DNA of 64,000 bases from Candidatus Shapirobacteria bacterium (GTDB taxonomy: Bacteria > Patescibacteriota > Microgenomatia > UBA12405). Under the pieces are notes generated by a model that saw only the letters and a program-made list of their open reading frames with translations, searched no databases and had not been told where the DNA came from. Position 1 is the stretch's first letter. Every line of letters begins with the position of its first letter. Position numbers and translations under genes: made by a program. Below, in pieces: positions 40,294-50,260 of the stretch. The DNA is taken from positions 5,055-69,054 of the forward strand of contig JALHFY010000002.1 in the NCBI GenBank assembly GCA_022837635.1, written 5' to 3'.

Positions 40294-41388
40294 GTGCAAC
40301 TCTTGCCCGTCGGACTGATGAAAAATAATATAAACAAATCTCTATTGAAAAAATTGGTAGAGATAAAATCGCTAAGCCAGGAGACGGTCCAGTGTCTAAA
40401 AGCACTGAAACTGATTGAGCTGGAAATAAATAAAGCAAATATTCCGGTATTTATCGATGTAAATGAGGGTGTGCCTTTTTTGATAGCCGGAAATTTACAA
40501 CAGGCTGGGGTTCTATTTTTAAGTCATATTGATGTGGTACCAGCGACCAATGAAGGTTTTAAATTTAAAGAAGTCGGCAATAAATTTTTTGGCAGAGGGG
40601 TTTTAGATATGAAAGGACCGCTGGTGGCGACCTTGGATGCTTTTATAAAATTATGGAAAGCAGGTCATAAAAACATTATTTTTGCGGTTACTAGTGATGA
40701 AGAAGTGGGTGGTTTTAAGGGAGCGGCATTTTTAGCAAAAAATATATTGGGGAAGATTAAAATGGCCCTAATTCCTGATGGTAGTAGTGAAGATGTGGTT
40801 CTAATTCAAAAAGCACCCTTTCATATAAAAATTACCGCTAGAGGAAAATCAGCTCATGCTTCCAGACCTTGGGAAGGCATCAATGCTGCGGAAAATTTAG
40901 GAAAATGTTGTGGCGAAATACTGGCAAAAATTAATGGGAAAAAGCCGGAAGAAACGACAGCAACACTATGTCAATTTCATAGTGGTCAGACAACTAATAT
41001 GCTACCCAACAAAGCTGAAGCGGTGATGGATATCAGAATTAAACAAGAAACTGAAGTGAAAGCGATGGTGAAAAATTTAAATCAGGTAACAAAAAAAATT
41101 GGATGTAAATGGGAAAAGATTGATGAAGCCTTATTTTTTGAGATAAAAAAGGAGCAACCGTTGATTAAAAAATGGCAACAGGCCTTTAGAGCAGTCCATC
41201 AAAAAGAAGCGGGTTTTGTCATTGAAAACGGAGCCTCGGATGCCAGATTTTTATGGCAAGAATTAAAAATACCGATAATTGTCACTTCGGCTAAGGGAGC
41301 TGGAGCACACAGTCATCATGAGTGGGTGGAAATAAATTCTTTGAGTCAATTATCAGAAACAATTGTCAAATTTATTATTAGTTTATAA
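40294..41388 (+). CDS. M20-family metallopeptidase (ArgE/DapE/CPG2-like)
   Basis: SHIDVVPA, GRGVLDMKG, ...SDEEVGG... metal-binding motifs. The start may instead be the ATG at 40318. Confidence 0.7.
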   Translation: MQLLPVGLMKNNINKSLLKKLVEIKSLSQETVQCLKALKLIELEINKANIPVFIDVNEGVPFLIAGNLQQAGVLFLSHIDVVPATNEGFKFKEVGNKFFGRGVLDMKGPLVATLDAFIKLWKAGHKNIIFAVTSDEEVGGFKGAAFLAKNILGKIKMALIPDGSSEDVVLIQKAPFHIKITARGKSAHASRPWEGINAAENLGKCCGEILAKINGKKPEETTATLCQFHSGQTTNMLPNKAEAVMDIRIKQETEVKAMVKNLNQVTKKIGCKWEKIDEALFFEIKKEQPLIKKWQQAFRAVHQKEAGFVIENGASDARFLWQELKIPIIVTSAKGAGAHSHHEWVEINSLSQLSETIVKFIISL

Positions 41389-41396
41389 TTCAAATT

Positions 41397-42488
41397 ATGA
41401 CCATAAAAGAAAAAATGCACTTAATTACCCGTAACTGCGAAGAGGTGTTGACGGAAAAAGATTTAGAAAGTCTGTTGAAATCAGGAAAAAAGATTCAACA
41501 TTATATCGGTTTTGAAATTTCGGGACTGGTACATTTGGGAACGGGTTTGGTGTCGATGGGTAAGATTGCCGACTTTTTAAGAGCTGGGGTGAAATGTCGG
41601 GTATTTTTGGCTGATTTTCATACTTTTTTGAATAATAAATTGGGTGGAAAATGGGATGATATCCGCTGGGCTTCAGAGCATTATTTCAAGGAAGCTTTGA
41701 TCGCCTCCCTCAAATGTCATGGAGTTGATCAGGATGAAGTGGAGTTTATCAGTGGCAAGGAATTTTATGAGAAAAACCCGATGCAGTGGCAAAATTTTAT
41801 GGAGATTGGTAAACATATCACCCTGTCACGAAATAAAAGAAGTATCTCAATTATGGGAAAAGAACTGGGTGATGATGTGGATATGGCGACACTTTTCTAT
41901 CCCCCACTGCAAGTGGCTGACATAGCCACCTTGGACATCAATTTAATACATGCAGGTATGGATCAAAGAAAGGCTCATGTGATTGCCAGAGAGGTAATCA
42001 AAAAAATTCCGGGAAATTACCAGACACCGGTGGCGGTTCATCACAATTTAATTGCCGGACTAACCGGACCGGAACCCGGTCAAAACGACAATGAATCGTT
42101 AAAGATGAGTAAGTCGAAACCGGGAAGTGCCATTTTTGTTCATGACAGTCCTGAAGAGATAAAAGATAAAATTAAAAAGGCTTATGGACCACCGAAGGTG
42201 GTAGAGTTTAATCCATTGTTAAGTTGGGTAAAAACATTGGTGTTTTGGGGAGAAGATGAGGGTGAGTTTGTAATTGAAAGACCGGAAAAATTTGGAGGTA
42301 ACAAAACTTACACCAGATACTCTCAACTGGAAAAAGACTATGCTTCGGGAGAATTATTTCCACTTGATCTAAAAAATGCTCTGGCGGAGTGGTTGATTAA
42401 AAAATTGGAGCCCGCTCGGAAACATTTTGAAACCCCGGAAATGCAAAAAAATTTAGAAAAAATGAAAGAATTGTTGGGTAAAAAATGA
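41397..42488 (+). CDS. tyrS: tyrosyl-tRNA synthetase, archaeal/eukaryotic type
   Basis: Collinear with Methanocaldococcus-type TyrRS: IGFEISGLVHLGTGL (HIGH region), KMSKS, DSPEEIKDKIKKAYGP, IERPEKFGG...LEKDY...FPLDLKNALAEWLIKKLEP. Confidence 0.7.
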   Translation: MTIKEKMHLITRNCEEVLTEKDLESLLKSGKKIQHYIGFEISGLVHLGTGLVSMGKIADFLRAGVKCRVFLADFHTFLNNKLGGKWDDIRWASEHYFKEALIASLKCHGVDQDEVEFISGKEFYEKNPMQWQNFMEIGKHITLSRNKRSISIMGKELGDDVDMATLFYPPLQVADIATLDINLIHAGMDQRKAHVIAREVIKKIPGNYQTPVAVHHNLIAGLTGPEPGQNDNESLKMSKSKPGSAIFVHDSPEEIKDKIKKAYGPPKVVEFNPLLSWVKTLVFWGEDEGEFVIERPEKFGGNKTYTRYSQLEKDYASGELFPLDLKNALAEWLIKKLEPARKHFETPEMQKNLEKMKELLGKK

Positions 42489-43708
42489 AAAAAATTTATG
42501 TCATTTTAGTCGGACTGTTAGTGGTAATCTATCTGTTTCTACGACTGGATAAGTTTGAATTAAAAACTACTTATCATTTGGATCAAGGTCTGCATTTATT
42601 GGAAAGTTTTGAAATGGTTAAAAGTAAAAAAATTAGATTAGTTGGACCTATGGTTAGCTCAAAAACTTTTATGGATAGAGGTTTTTTTATCGGACCACAA
42701 TATTATTATGTGTTAGCCAGTCTGGGAATGTTAACTGGATGGAATCCTATCAGGATTAGTATAGTTTTACTGTTGGTGGAATTGGCATTTGCGCTGTATT
42801 TTGTTTATTGGTTGTACAAGAAATATGGACCGGTTGAGTCTCTGATGGTTTTGGCATTAATAACTTTTTCCAAATATTTAATCATTCATAGTCGTTTTTT
42901 TTGGAATCCTCATTTTTTAATACCATTATCAATATTGGCAGTAATCAGTCTAGATAAATATTTACAAACTAAAAAAACATATTATTTAGCGGTGGTGGGC
43001 TTTTTATGGGGGTTAAGTTTTAGCTTTCATTATTCAGCTGTATTATGGGTAATTCCATTATTTTTAGTACTCTTAAAAAATAGTCAATTATGGAAATGGA
43101 AAAATTTGGTGATAGTTTTGTTTTTTCTAATAGGTGATTTGCCTTGGTTTTTGTTTGAGTTCAGACATAATTTTTATAATATAAGAACATTGATTTGGGT
43201 AGGATTGAATTCGTCAGCTAGCGGTAAGATGGCAAGCTATTACTTTGTTTTTTCTGTGACTGTTTTCTTGCTGGTTGGATTAACAATTCTGTTTTCTAAA
43301 ATCAAAAAAAATAAAATCATTTTGGCTGTGGGAGTGGTATTAAGTGTCAGCTGGTTACAAACATTATTAATTCACGACTACATTCCCTTGGGTCATCCAA
43401 TCGGATGGACACAAAAGAAGGTTGTGGCTAAAATATTAGAAAATGGTTGCCCAGAAAATTATAATGTTGCCAGTACGGTGAGTGGAGATACAAGATCTTA
43501 TGATATTAGATTTTTACTGATAGCTCATGATTGTCCGCCTTTAGGGGTAGAAGATTATCCAATGACAAAGAAATTATTTTTGGTGGCGCCGGCTAGTCGA
43601 CCAGTTCAAGAGGAAACTGTGTGGGAAGTGTCTTCTTTAGGAAAATTTAAAAATATTAAAAAAGAAGAATTAACAAAAGATATTTTTTTATACGAGATAG
43701 ATAAATGA
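42485..43708 (+). CDS. polytopic membrane protein, hypothetical (possible glycosyltransferase-like)
   Basis: 407 aa, more than 8 TM helices, no catalytic motif recognised. Confidence 0.35.
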   Translation: MKKIYVILVGLLVVIYLFLRLDKFELKTTYHLDQGLHLLESFEMVKSKKIRLVGPMVSSKTFMDRGFFIGPQYYYVLASLGMLTGWNPIRISIVLLLVELAFALYFVYWLYKKYGPVESLMVLALITFSKYLIIHSRFFWNPHFLIPLSILAVISLDKYLQTKKTYYLAVVGFLWGLSFSFHYSAVLWVIPLFLVLLKNSQLWKWKNLVIVLFFLIGDLPWFLFEFRHNFYNIRTLIWVGLNSSASGKMASYYFVFSVTVFLLVGLTILFSKIKKNKIILAVGVVLSVSWLQTLLIHDYIPLGHPIGWTQKKVVAKILENGCPENYNVASTVSGDTRSYDIRFLLIAHDCPPLGVEDYPMTKKLFLVAPASRPVQEETVWEVSSLGKFKNIKKEELTKDIFLYEIDK

Positions 43709-44253
43709 AAAATATTGTCATCGCCGGGACGTCGGGAGTAGGTAAAAGTTTTTTGGAAGAGGAGCTGCAAAAAAGAGGTTTAAGCTTCCAGATCCCAAAA
43801 TATACCGACCGAGAATTGAGGCCCGGGGAAAATCCAGAAAAATTAATTGCCCTGAGTGCGACTGAGTTTGAGAAGCAGAAAAATGATTTCTTTTTTACCC
43901 TAAAGTACGGTGGATTTAACTATGGCTGGCATAAAAAAGATTTAGCCAAAGCGCCAATAAGTTTGGCGATTACCCAAGAAAGTTTGGAGGAATTTTTGCA
44001 AAAAAATCCGGAGTTTTTGCCGGTACTTTTAGTGGTGACGGCAGAGAATTTTGAGATGTTAAAAAATAGGATGAGAACCAGAGGCGACAGTGAGGCAAAA
44101 ATTGCTCAAAGATTGAAATTGGCGGCAGAGGAAAATAAAAATCGGGAAAAATATGAAAAGATTGTTAAAAAATACCAAGGGTTGGTGTTTGAGATTAAAG
44201 ACGACTCGACTATTTTTGAGGCAGTGATACCGGAGTTGGCCAAGAGGAAGTGA
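43705..44253 (+). CDS. gmk: guanylate kinase-like protein
   Basis: P-loop IAGTSGVGKS, ...YTDRELRPGE (versus TTRQPRPGE), ...RMRTRGDSEAKIAQRL (versus RLRGRGQDSEEVIAKRM). Confidence 0.6.
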   Translation: MKNIVIAGTSGVGKSFLEEELQKRGLSFQIPKYTDRELRPGENPEKLIALSATEFEKQKNDFFFTLKYGGFNYGWHKKDLAKAPISLAITQESLEEFLQKNPEFLPVLLVVTAENFEMLKNRMRTRGDSEAKIAQRLKLAAEENKNREKYEKIVKKYQGLVFEIKDDSTIFEAVIPELAKRK

Positions 44254-46525
44254 TAAGTTGATCTTCGTCGAGTTGGATATTTTCCCTAAGGATTTGGTAA
44301 ATTGATTCAGTAACAAAGGGAATAAAAGGATGTAAAAGCTTCAGGGAGTTGATTAAAACAGTCAACAAAACCGGGACGACTTCGGGACCGCGATTTTTGG
44401 CATCTTCAATGTAAAGATCACAAAAATCATGCCAGAAAAATTGGTAGAGGTTTTCGCTGGCTTGACCAAAATGATAACGACCAAGGTCACGATTGGTGGA
44501 GTCAATGATATTGTTTAAGGAGGTGAGAATGGAGAGATCGGAGGGAGAGAAACCCTTCCCCGACCCTTCCCTTGACAGGGCAGGGAGAGAGAAATTTAAA
44601 TTTGGATCTTGTTGTTTGAATTTGTCGATGAGCATCAGCACAAAACGGGAAGCGTTCCAGATTTTGTTGACGAAATTGCGTTGGGCACGGATTTTATCTT
44701 CGGACACGATAAAATCGCTAGCCGGGGCAATACCATAAACCAAAGACATGCGGAGAGCATCGGCGCCATATTTTTCCGACATGACCAGAGGATCGATAAC
44801 ATTACCTTTACTTTTAGACATTTTTTGACCTTTGGCGTCGACAACACGGGAATGGAGGTGGACCAATTTAAAAGGCACTTCTTTGGTTAAATAGAGACCG
44901 AACATAATCATTCGAGCCACCCAGAAAAAGAGAATATCCCACATGGTATCCATGATGGAGGTGGGATAAAAATAGTGGAAGTCTTCACTGGAATTTTTGG
45001 GATCGGCAACATTAAAACCCAGAGTCGAGAGAGGCCATTGACCACTCAGAAACCAAGTGTCAAAGGTATCGGTTTCCTGAAGTAGATGATGACCGTGACA
45101 ATGAGGACAGGTCTCACCGGTGGAGATATCGACAAGATATTTAGTATCTATAGGAGCCAATAGAGATTGAAGACCGGATTTGATGTCTTCAAAAGAGTAT
45201 TTATCCTTGAGATCGGCATAAACACCACTGATTAAGTTTTTGTTTTTATCCAAGAAATTAAGTTTGATTTGAGGATTGCAGTCGAGACAATACCAAGCAG
45301 GAATTTGCGGACCCCAAACGATTTGTCGGGAAATGTTCCAGTCACGAATATTTTCCATCCAATCGAGATAGGCTTTTTTGAAACGAAGAGGGAAAAATTT
45401 AACTTTACCCTCTTTAGCGGCCTGAATGGCGGGCTGAGCCAATTTATCAATTTTGAGATACCACTGAGGAGCAGTGATGGGTTCGATGGGGCGACCGCAA
45501 CGATAACAATGACCGACCTCGTGAGTATAATCTTCAGTTTTTTCCAAAAATCCAGCTGTGTCTAAATCGGCAACAACTTGATCACGAAGTTGTTTGGGAT
45601 AGAGGCCTTGATATTTTTTGGGAACATTTTGATTGGATTTACCGTCATAATCAAAGATACGGATAAATTCAAGTTGGTGAGTTTTGGCCATATCGTAATC
45701 CTCGGGTGAATGGGCGGGAGTGACTTTGACGGCGCCGGTGCCAAATTCCAGACTGATAGATTTATCCCCTATGACCGGAATTTCTCGATTGACTAGAGGC
45801 AAAGTGACAGTGGTGCCGATTAAATGTTGATAGCGTTTGTCGGCGGGATTAACAGCAACGGCAGTGTCACCAAGCATGGTTTCGGGGCGAGTGGTAGCGA
45901 CAGTCAAGGGGCCATATTTGATGTACCACAAGTGAGAGGCAACAGTTTTATGTTCAACTTCGAGATTGGAAAAGGCGGTGCCACAGTGGGTACAATAATT
46001 GACAATTTTTTCGTCACGATAAATCAGTCCATCGTCATATAATTTTTTGAAAGTGGCGCGGACGTTGTCCAAAATTTGAGGTTCGAGGGAATAATGATAG
46101 CGACTCCAGTCGAGAGAATAACCCAATTTTTTCATTTGAAATTGATTCAAAGTGCGGTTTTTTTCGACAAAATCCCAAATCTGTTGATACAGGGTTTGAC
46201 GATCAAAATCAAAACGACTGTGACCTTGTTTTTGTAATTCTTTTTCGTAAACAAATTGAGTTTCGATACCGGCATGGTCCCCGCCAGGAAGCCACAAAGT
46301 GGGATCACCTAACATACGATGATAGCGGATGAGAATGTCTTGGACAGTGAAAAGAGCGTGGCCCATGTGCATGGGATTGTTGGCATTGGGTAGAGGCAAA
46401 ATAATGGAAAAAGGTTTTTTATTTTTGTCGATTTTGGGAGTGAAGGCGCCGGATTTTTCCCAAAGGGAATAAATTTGCTCTTCGTTGGCTGAAGAATAAC
46501 TCTTGTCCATGCGATATTTTAACAT
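44210..46525 (-). CDS. valS: valyl-tRNA synthetase (compact form)
   Basis: PLPNANNPMHMGHAL (HIGH), WLPGGDHAGIETQ, KMSKSKGNVIDP; 771 aa, lacking the C-terminal coiled coil. Confidence 0.85.
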   Translation of the reverse strand: MLKYRMDKSYSSANEEQIYSLWEKSGAFTPKIDKNKKPFSIILPLPNANNPMHMGHALFTVQDILIRYHRMLGDPTLWLPGGDHAGIETQFVYEKELQKQGHSRFDFDRQTLYQQIWDFVEKNRTLNQFQMKKLGYSLDWSRYHYSLEPQILDNVRATFKKLYDDGLIYRDEKIVNYCTHCGTAFSNLEVEHKTVASHLWYIKYGPLTVATTRPETMLGDTAVAVNPADKRYQHLIGTTVTLPLVNREIPVIGDKSISLEFGTGAVKVTPAHSPEDYDMAKTHQLEFIRIFDYDGKSNQNVPKKYQGLYPKQLRDQVVADLDTAGFLEKTEDYTHEVGHCYRCGRPIEPITAPQWYLKIDKLAQPAIQAAKEGKVKFFPLRFKKAYLDWMENIRDWNISRQIVWGPQIPAWYCLDCNPQIKLNFLDKNKNLISGVYADLKDKYSFEDIKSGLQSLLAPIDTKYLVDISTGETCPHCHGHHLLQETDTFDTWFLSGQWPLSTLGFNVADPKNSSEDFHYFYPTSIMDTMWDILFFWVARMIMFGLYLTKEVPFKLVHLHSRVVDAKGQKMSKSKGNVIDPLVMSEKYGADALRMSLVYGIAPASDFIVSEDKIRAQRNFVNKIWNASRFVLMLIDKFKQQDPNLNFSLPALSREGSGKGFSPSDLSILTSLNNIIDSTNRDLGRYHFGQASENLYQFFWHDFCDLYIEDAKNRGPEVVPVLLTVLINSLKLLHPFIPFVTESIYQILRENIQLDEDQLITSSWPTPVSLPQK

Positions 46526-46705
46526 GAAGAGATAGGGAAAATCAGATGGTTTTGTACATCAGAACTTCGTCAATGAATTGGTCTTTATAGAATAGACCTT
46601 GAGGTAGACGACCGTATTCGACAAAACTAAGTGACTGGTAGAGATGTTGAGTTACTTTATTGGAGAAAATTTAAAGAAAGATTACGGAAAGAAGGTAATG
46701 AAAGT

Positions 46706-46720
46706 GTGACAAATTGTCAC
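46706..46720. promoter_or_regulatory. perfect 15-bp palindrome in the valS upstream region
   Basis: GTGACAAATTGTCAC about 180 nt upstream of the valS start; candidate operator. Confidence 0.3.
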
Positions 46721-46757
46721 GTTTTCAAATTATTGGCAGTAGACACGGAGACACTAT

Positions 46758-48509
46758 TTATCTATCAGTTAAACTTTCATTTTCAATCAGTTTGCCTTTG
46801 GATTGGAGGGTCCAGAGAGTTTTGTAGAGACCGCCTTTTTGAAGCAGTTCTCGGTGTTTACCGATTTCGGAAATAGAACCATTGCTGAGGACGACAATTT
46901 TATCAGCGTTGCGGATGGTAGAAAAACGATGAGCAATAATAATGACAGTGCGATTTTTGGAAGCGTTTTTAAGAGCTTGTTGAATTTTACGCTCGGAAGC
47001 GGAATCAAGATTACTGGTGGCTTCATCAAAAATTAGAACTTTTGGCTGGACTAAAAGAGCCCGAGCGATGGCTAAACGTTGTTTTTGACCACCACTAAGT
47101 TTAATTCCCCTTTCACCAACTTCAGTCTGCCATTTTTTAGGCAATTTTTCGATAAAGTCTAAAATATTGGCATCGGCAGCGGCGGTACGGATATCAGCCA
47201 TGGAAGCATTTTCACGGCCATAAGCAAGATTAAATTTAATTGTATTGTTAAACATGATCGGCTCTTGAGGTACTACCGCCATCAGAGAACGAAGGTGGCT
47301 TTTGCTTAATTGGCGAATATCGACACCATCAAAGGTGATAGAGCCACGAATGGGATCGTAGAAACGTAAGAGGAGTTTGACAAGAGTGGTTTTACCAGCA
47401 CCGGAACGACCAACAAAGGCGACTTGTTCGCCTTGGTGAATATCTAGATTAATATCGTGAATAACTTTGCTTTTGTCCTTGGGATAGGTAAAAGAGAGGT
47501 TCTTAAAAGACAAATAGCCCTGGGGATTGGTGATAGTTTGGGGAGAAAGAGGATCTTTGACTTGGGTATCTTGATCTAAAATATCAAAATATTTTTCCAA
47601 ATCAGTGATGCTTTTGGCAATATCTCGGACTCTAAAAAAGAGTCTGAAAAATTCATAGTAAAAACCGGTAATAAAACCAGTAACCATGACTAAATCACCG
47701 AGAGTGAAGCCGTGGTTTAATTTTTGAATCGCCAACCAAAGCATAAAGAGCATGGCGATACCGGAGGTGGTACCAATAGCAATATCCATAAGACGAAAGG
47801 AATTAGAAAAGCGCCATAATTTTTGGGTCCAGTCGTCAAATTGGGCAGACAAACGGCGACGTTCTTTATTTTCACCAGCAAAAAATTTAACTGTTTCGTA
47901 ATTAATCATGGAATCGGCAATAATACCGGACACATGATCCTCAGCGTGATTGAGGTCAGTTCGGGTTTGGAGATTGTGTTTGACTAACCACCAAATTAAA
48001 AAGCCGTTAACAATAGCTAAAATTAACAGAGATAAACCAATATCAAGTGAAGTCTTAAAAAGAAAAAATAAAGTAACTAAAAGAGAAACGAAGACGGAAA
48101 AAAGATCAAAATGAATATTATGAAAGAGAGAGAAGACGGCGCCATCACCGCGACGAAAGGCACTGATTAGAGAACCGGTGCTTTTATTGACATGATAAGC
48201 AAAATCAAGTTCCATGACTTTTTGAAAAACAGTTTCTCTGATGTGTCTAGCTAAAGGAATAAGAACCCGGTCAGCGAAATAAAAAGCTAGAGTGGAAATA
48301 AAATTGGTACCAACAGTAGAGAGGCCAAAAAGTAAAAAATAGATAAAAATTTGATGGCTTTGAGAATTTTGAATTGCATCTAAAATACCTTTGAGCCAAT
48401 AAGGTCGGATAGTTTCCAAAATTATGGAAATAAAATAAACGAAAAGGAAGAGAAGCATCCTCCATTTATATTTCCCTAAAAATCGGTAAAAAGTTATCAA
48501 CGATTTCAT
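46758..48509 (-). CDS. ABC exporter, fused permease/ATPase (MsbA/ABCB-like)
   Basis: Six-TM N-terminal domain; Walker A GRSGAGKTT, signature LSGGQKQRLAIARAL, Walker B ILIFDEATS. Confidence 0.85.
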   Translation of the reverse strand: MKSLITFYRFLGKYKWRMLLFLFVYFISIILETIRPYWLKGILDAIQNSQSHQIFIYFLLFGLSTVGTNFISTLAFYFADRVLIPLARHIRETVFQKVMELDFAYHVNKSTGSLISAFRRGDGAVFSLFHNIHFDLFSVFVSLLVTLFFLFKTSLDIGLSLLILAIVNGFLIWWLVKHNLQTRTDLNHAEDHVSGIIADSMINYETVKFFAGENKERRRLSAQFDDWTQKLWRFSNSFRLMDIAIGTTSGIAMLFMLWLAIQKLNHGFTLGDLVMVTGFITGFYYEFFRLFFRVRDIAKSITDLEKYFDILDQDTQVKDPLSPQTITNPQGYLSFKNLSFTYPKDKSKVIHDINLDIHQGEQVAFVGRSGAGKTTLVKLLLRFYDPIRGSITFDGVDIRQLSKSHLRSLMAVVPQEPIMFNNTIKFNLAYGRENASMADIRTAAADANILDFIEKLPKKWQTEVGERGIKLSGGQKQRLAIARALLVQPKVLIFDEATSNLDSASERKIQQALKNASKNRTVIIIAHRFSTIRNADKIVVLSNGSISEIGKHRELLQKGGLYKTLWTLQSKGKLIENESLTDR

Positions 48510-48601
48510 GTAGATACAATTTTAGAATTGAAGACCAAAAAAGTCTAGAGGTAAATTATGGAAAAACAGGGCAAAGATTGATTAAGTGAAGCTAAGACCA
48601 A

Positions 48602-48982
48602 TTATTTAGCTTTAGGCAGGCTTTCGCAAGCAATGCCATCATTGTCGCCATCAAGACGATTGACATCTCGACTGGGACCACCGGCATTCTTGAAAAATTT
48701 TTGAGCCTGCTCTTGAGTCTCGAAATCAGAACAGTTGTATTCATCGGTGTATTTACCGCCTGATTCGACGACGTTACCATCAATATCACGCATAACCTTG
48801 GCTTCTTCCAAAGTGGAACCGGACATAAGTTTGCCCAGATCCCAGTCATTGTTGGAAGCTTCCAAACCAAAGGCGGCCAATAAAATAGCAATCACCCCCA
48901 TTAACACCGGTTTAGCGATTTTTTTGGTGCTATCAGGAGCATTTTGGAGAGTTTTAAGTTTAGGAATTTTTGGAGCAGCCAT
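48602..48982 (-). CDS. Excalibur calcium-binding domain protein, membrane anchored
   Basis: C-terminal [15 protein letters not shown] (the DxDxDGxxCE Excalibur motif); N-terminal TM helix. Confidence 0.6.
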   Translation of the reverse strand: MAAPKIPKLKTLQNAPDSTKKIAKPVLMGVIAILLAAFGLEASNNDWDLGKLMSGSTLEEAKVMRDIDGNVVESGGKYTDEYNCSDFETQEQAQKFFKNAGGPSRDVNRLDGDNDGIACESLPKAK

Positions 48983-49101
48983 AGAATTAAGACATGGAAT
49001 ATAACAAATAAGCGGCGATCAAGAGGAGAAAAATGATCAGAAAGAGGCGAAATTTTTTGTTATTTCGAAGTTCTTTGGTATTCATAATTAGTTATAAGAT
49101 A

Positions 49102-49806
49102 TCATAAACTCTCCAGTTGAGTAAAAAGATTGATTAATCCTTCTAATTTTTGGCGGTAAACTTGGCAATCTTTTCTACTTTCGGGAATAAAAAGTCGGGG
49201 AGAACGATTGATAAGCATGGAATATTGAGACAAGAGACTGTTTTTGATACGAGGAATTAAAAAGCTTCTAAATTGAGGCATATCGGGGATACTACCGCTT
49301 TTTTTGATATTAGGTTTAACGGCATTTTTTAACCAATCTTTAATATCGGCACGCCAATTTCCGAGAGTAAGATTAATAAAAGGGGCTTTAAGATTATCAA
49401 GCCAATGTCCCCCGTTGGAGTTAAGACTAGAAGAGTTTTTACCCAGCTTGATATCAAGACCCAACATAATTTTTTGCTGGGAATTGGTAATGAGGATATC
49501 AACTCCCCTCTGATCTTGACCATGTTCCAGGGATTGAGCAGCTAAATCGATACTATAATTATGTGAAGACAGGGGTTTTTCCAAAGCTAAAACGGTCACA
49601 AATTCTGATAAAAGTGCTTGGGTATATTCAAAATGTTTGTTTTTGCCTTCAGAGTGAGCTTTCAAAAGATCAGTACGAGAGGTACGAAAATCGGGGGTAC
49701 AGGTAGTATAGAGAGGGTCATGATTGAGAAGATAGTAAGTGTTGTGGGGAAGATAAGATCCGGAATATCGTCGAATAAAATTACTAGTTTCTAAAAGCGT
49801 CAACAA
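49102..49806 (-). CDS. hypothetical protein
   Basis: 234-aa ORF with no recognised motif, at the edge of the accessory region. Confidence 0.3.
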   Translation of the reverse strand: MLTLLETSNFIRRYSGSYLPHNTYYLLNHDPLYTTCTPDFRTSRTDLLKAHSEGKNKHFEYTQALLSEFVTVLALEKPLSSHNYSIDLAAQSLEHGQDQRGVDILITNSQQKIMLGLDIKLGKNSSSLNSNGGHWLDNLKAPFINLTLGNWRADIKDWLKNAVKPNIKKSGSIPDMPQFRSFLIPRIKNSLLSQYSMLINRSPRLFIPESRKDCQVYRQKLEGLINLFTQLESL

Positions 49807-49930
49807 ATAAATATTAACTTAATTTTTCAAAAAGAAAACTGGGTTGATTTTTGTCTTTGGACTTTATTTCAAAGCAAAAAATCGGTAAAATACTATGCCT
49901 AACCGAAAGGTTGGGAAAAAAGTGAAATTA

Positions 49931-49983
49931 GGAGGGGTCGGATAGTGTCCCAAAGGGACCCCGTTGGGGGTTCATTCCCCTCC
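49931..49983 (+). repeat. partial/pseudo tRNA-Ser copy (5' 17 nt + D-loop segment + acceptor 3' strand) flanking the GIY-YIG gene
   Basis: GGAGGGGTCGGATAGTG is identical to nt 1-17 of the tRNA-Ser at 50246, then a 22-nt insert, then GTTCATTCC and CCCCTCC shared with the tRNA. Confidence 0.5.
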
Positions 49984-49999
49984 TTGGTAATATAAAGGT

Positions 50000-50260
50000 A
50001 TGAATTATTACCTTTATATATTAAAAAGTTGTGATGGTAAACATTGGTATACAGGCTCGACAAGCAATATAATGTTGAGACTAAAACACCATAATAATGG
50101 TCATACATTTTCCACTAAACCGTATAGACCATGGAAATTAGTTTACTACGAAAAATTTAGTAGCCGGAAAGAAGCTTTTCGGAGAGAAATGTTTTTAAAG
50201 TCTCCGTCCGGTTATCAAGATTATTTGAAAATTAAAAAATCTATTGGAGGGGTCGGATAG
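50000..50260 (+). CDS. small GIY-YIG nuclease-family protein
   Basis: YYLYILKSCDGKHWYTGST...RLKHHN...; GIY-YIG core in 86 aa. The 3' end overlaps the first 15 nt of tRNA-Ser. Confidence 0.7.
   Translation: MNYYLYILKSCDGKHWYTGSTSNIMLRLKHHNNGHTFSTKPYRPWKLVYYEKFSSRKEAFRREMFLKSPSGYQDYLKIKKSIGGVG

Noticed and set aside
41397-42488. Call as tryptophanyl-tRNA synthetase
   Set aside because: Block-by-block similarity is to archaeal TyrRS (EISG.HLG, DSPEEI.KIKKAY, RPEKFGG, LKNA.AE.LIK.LEP). The T-box antiterminator also predicts an A73 tRNA, consistent with Tyr rather than Trp (G73).
46631-47036. Small ORFs overlapping the ABC exporter 3' end (46631-46876, 46787-47029, 46803-47036)
   Set aside because: They overlap a well-supported ABC ATPase domain on the opposite strand or frame and have no motifs.
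48592-49004. ORFs 48592-48891 and 48735-49004 overlapping the Excalibur gene
   Set aside because: They are alternative frames or antisense of a gene with a clear Excalibur motif.
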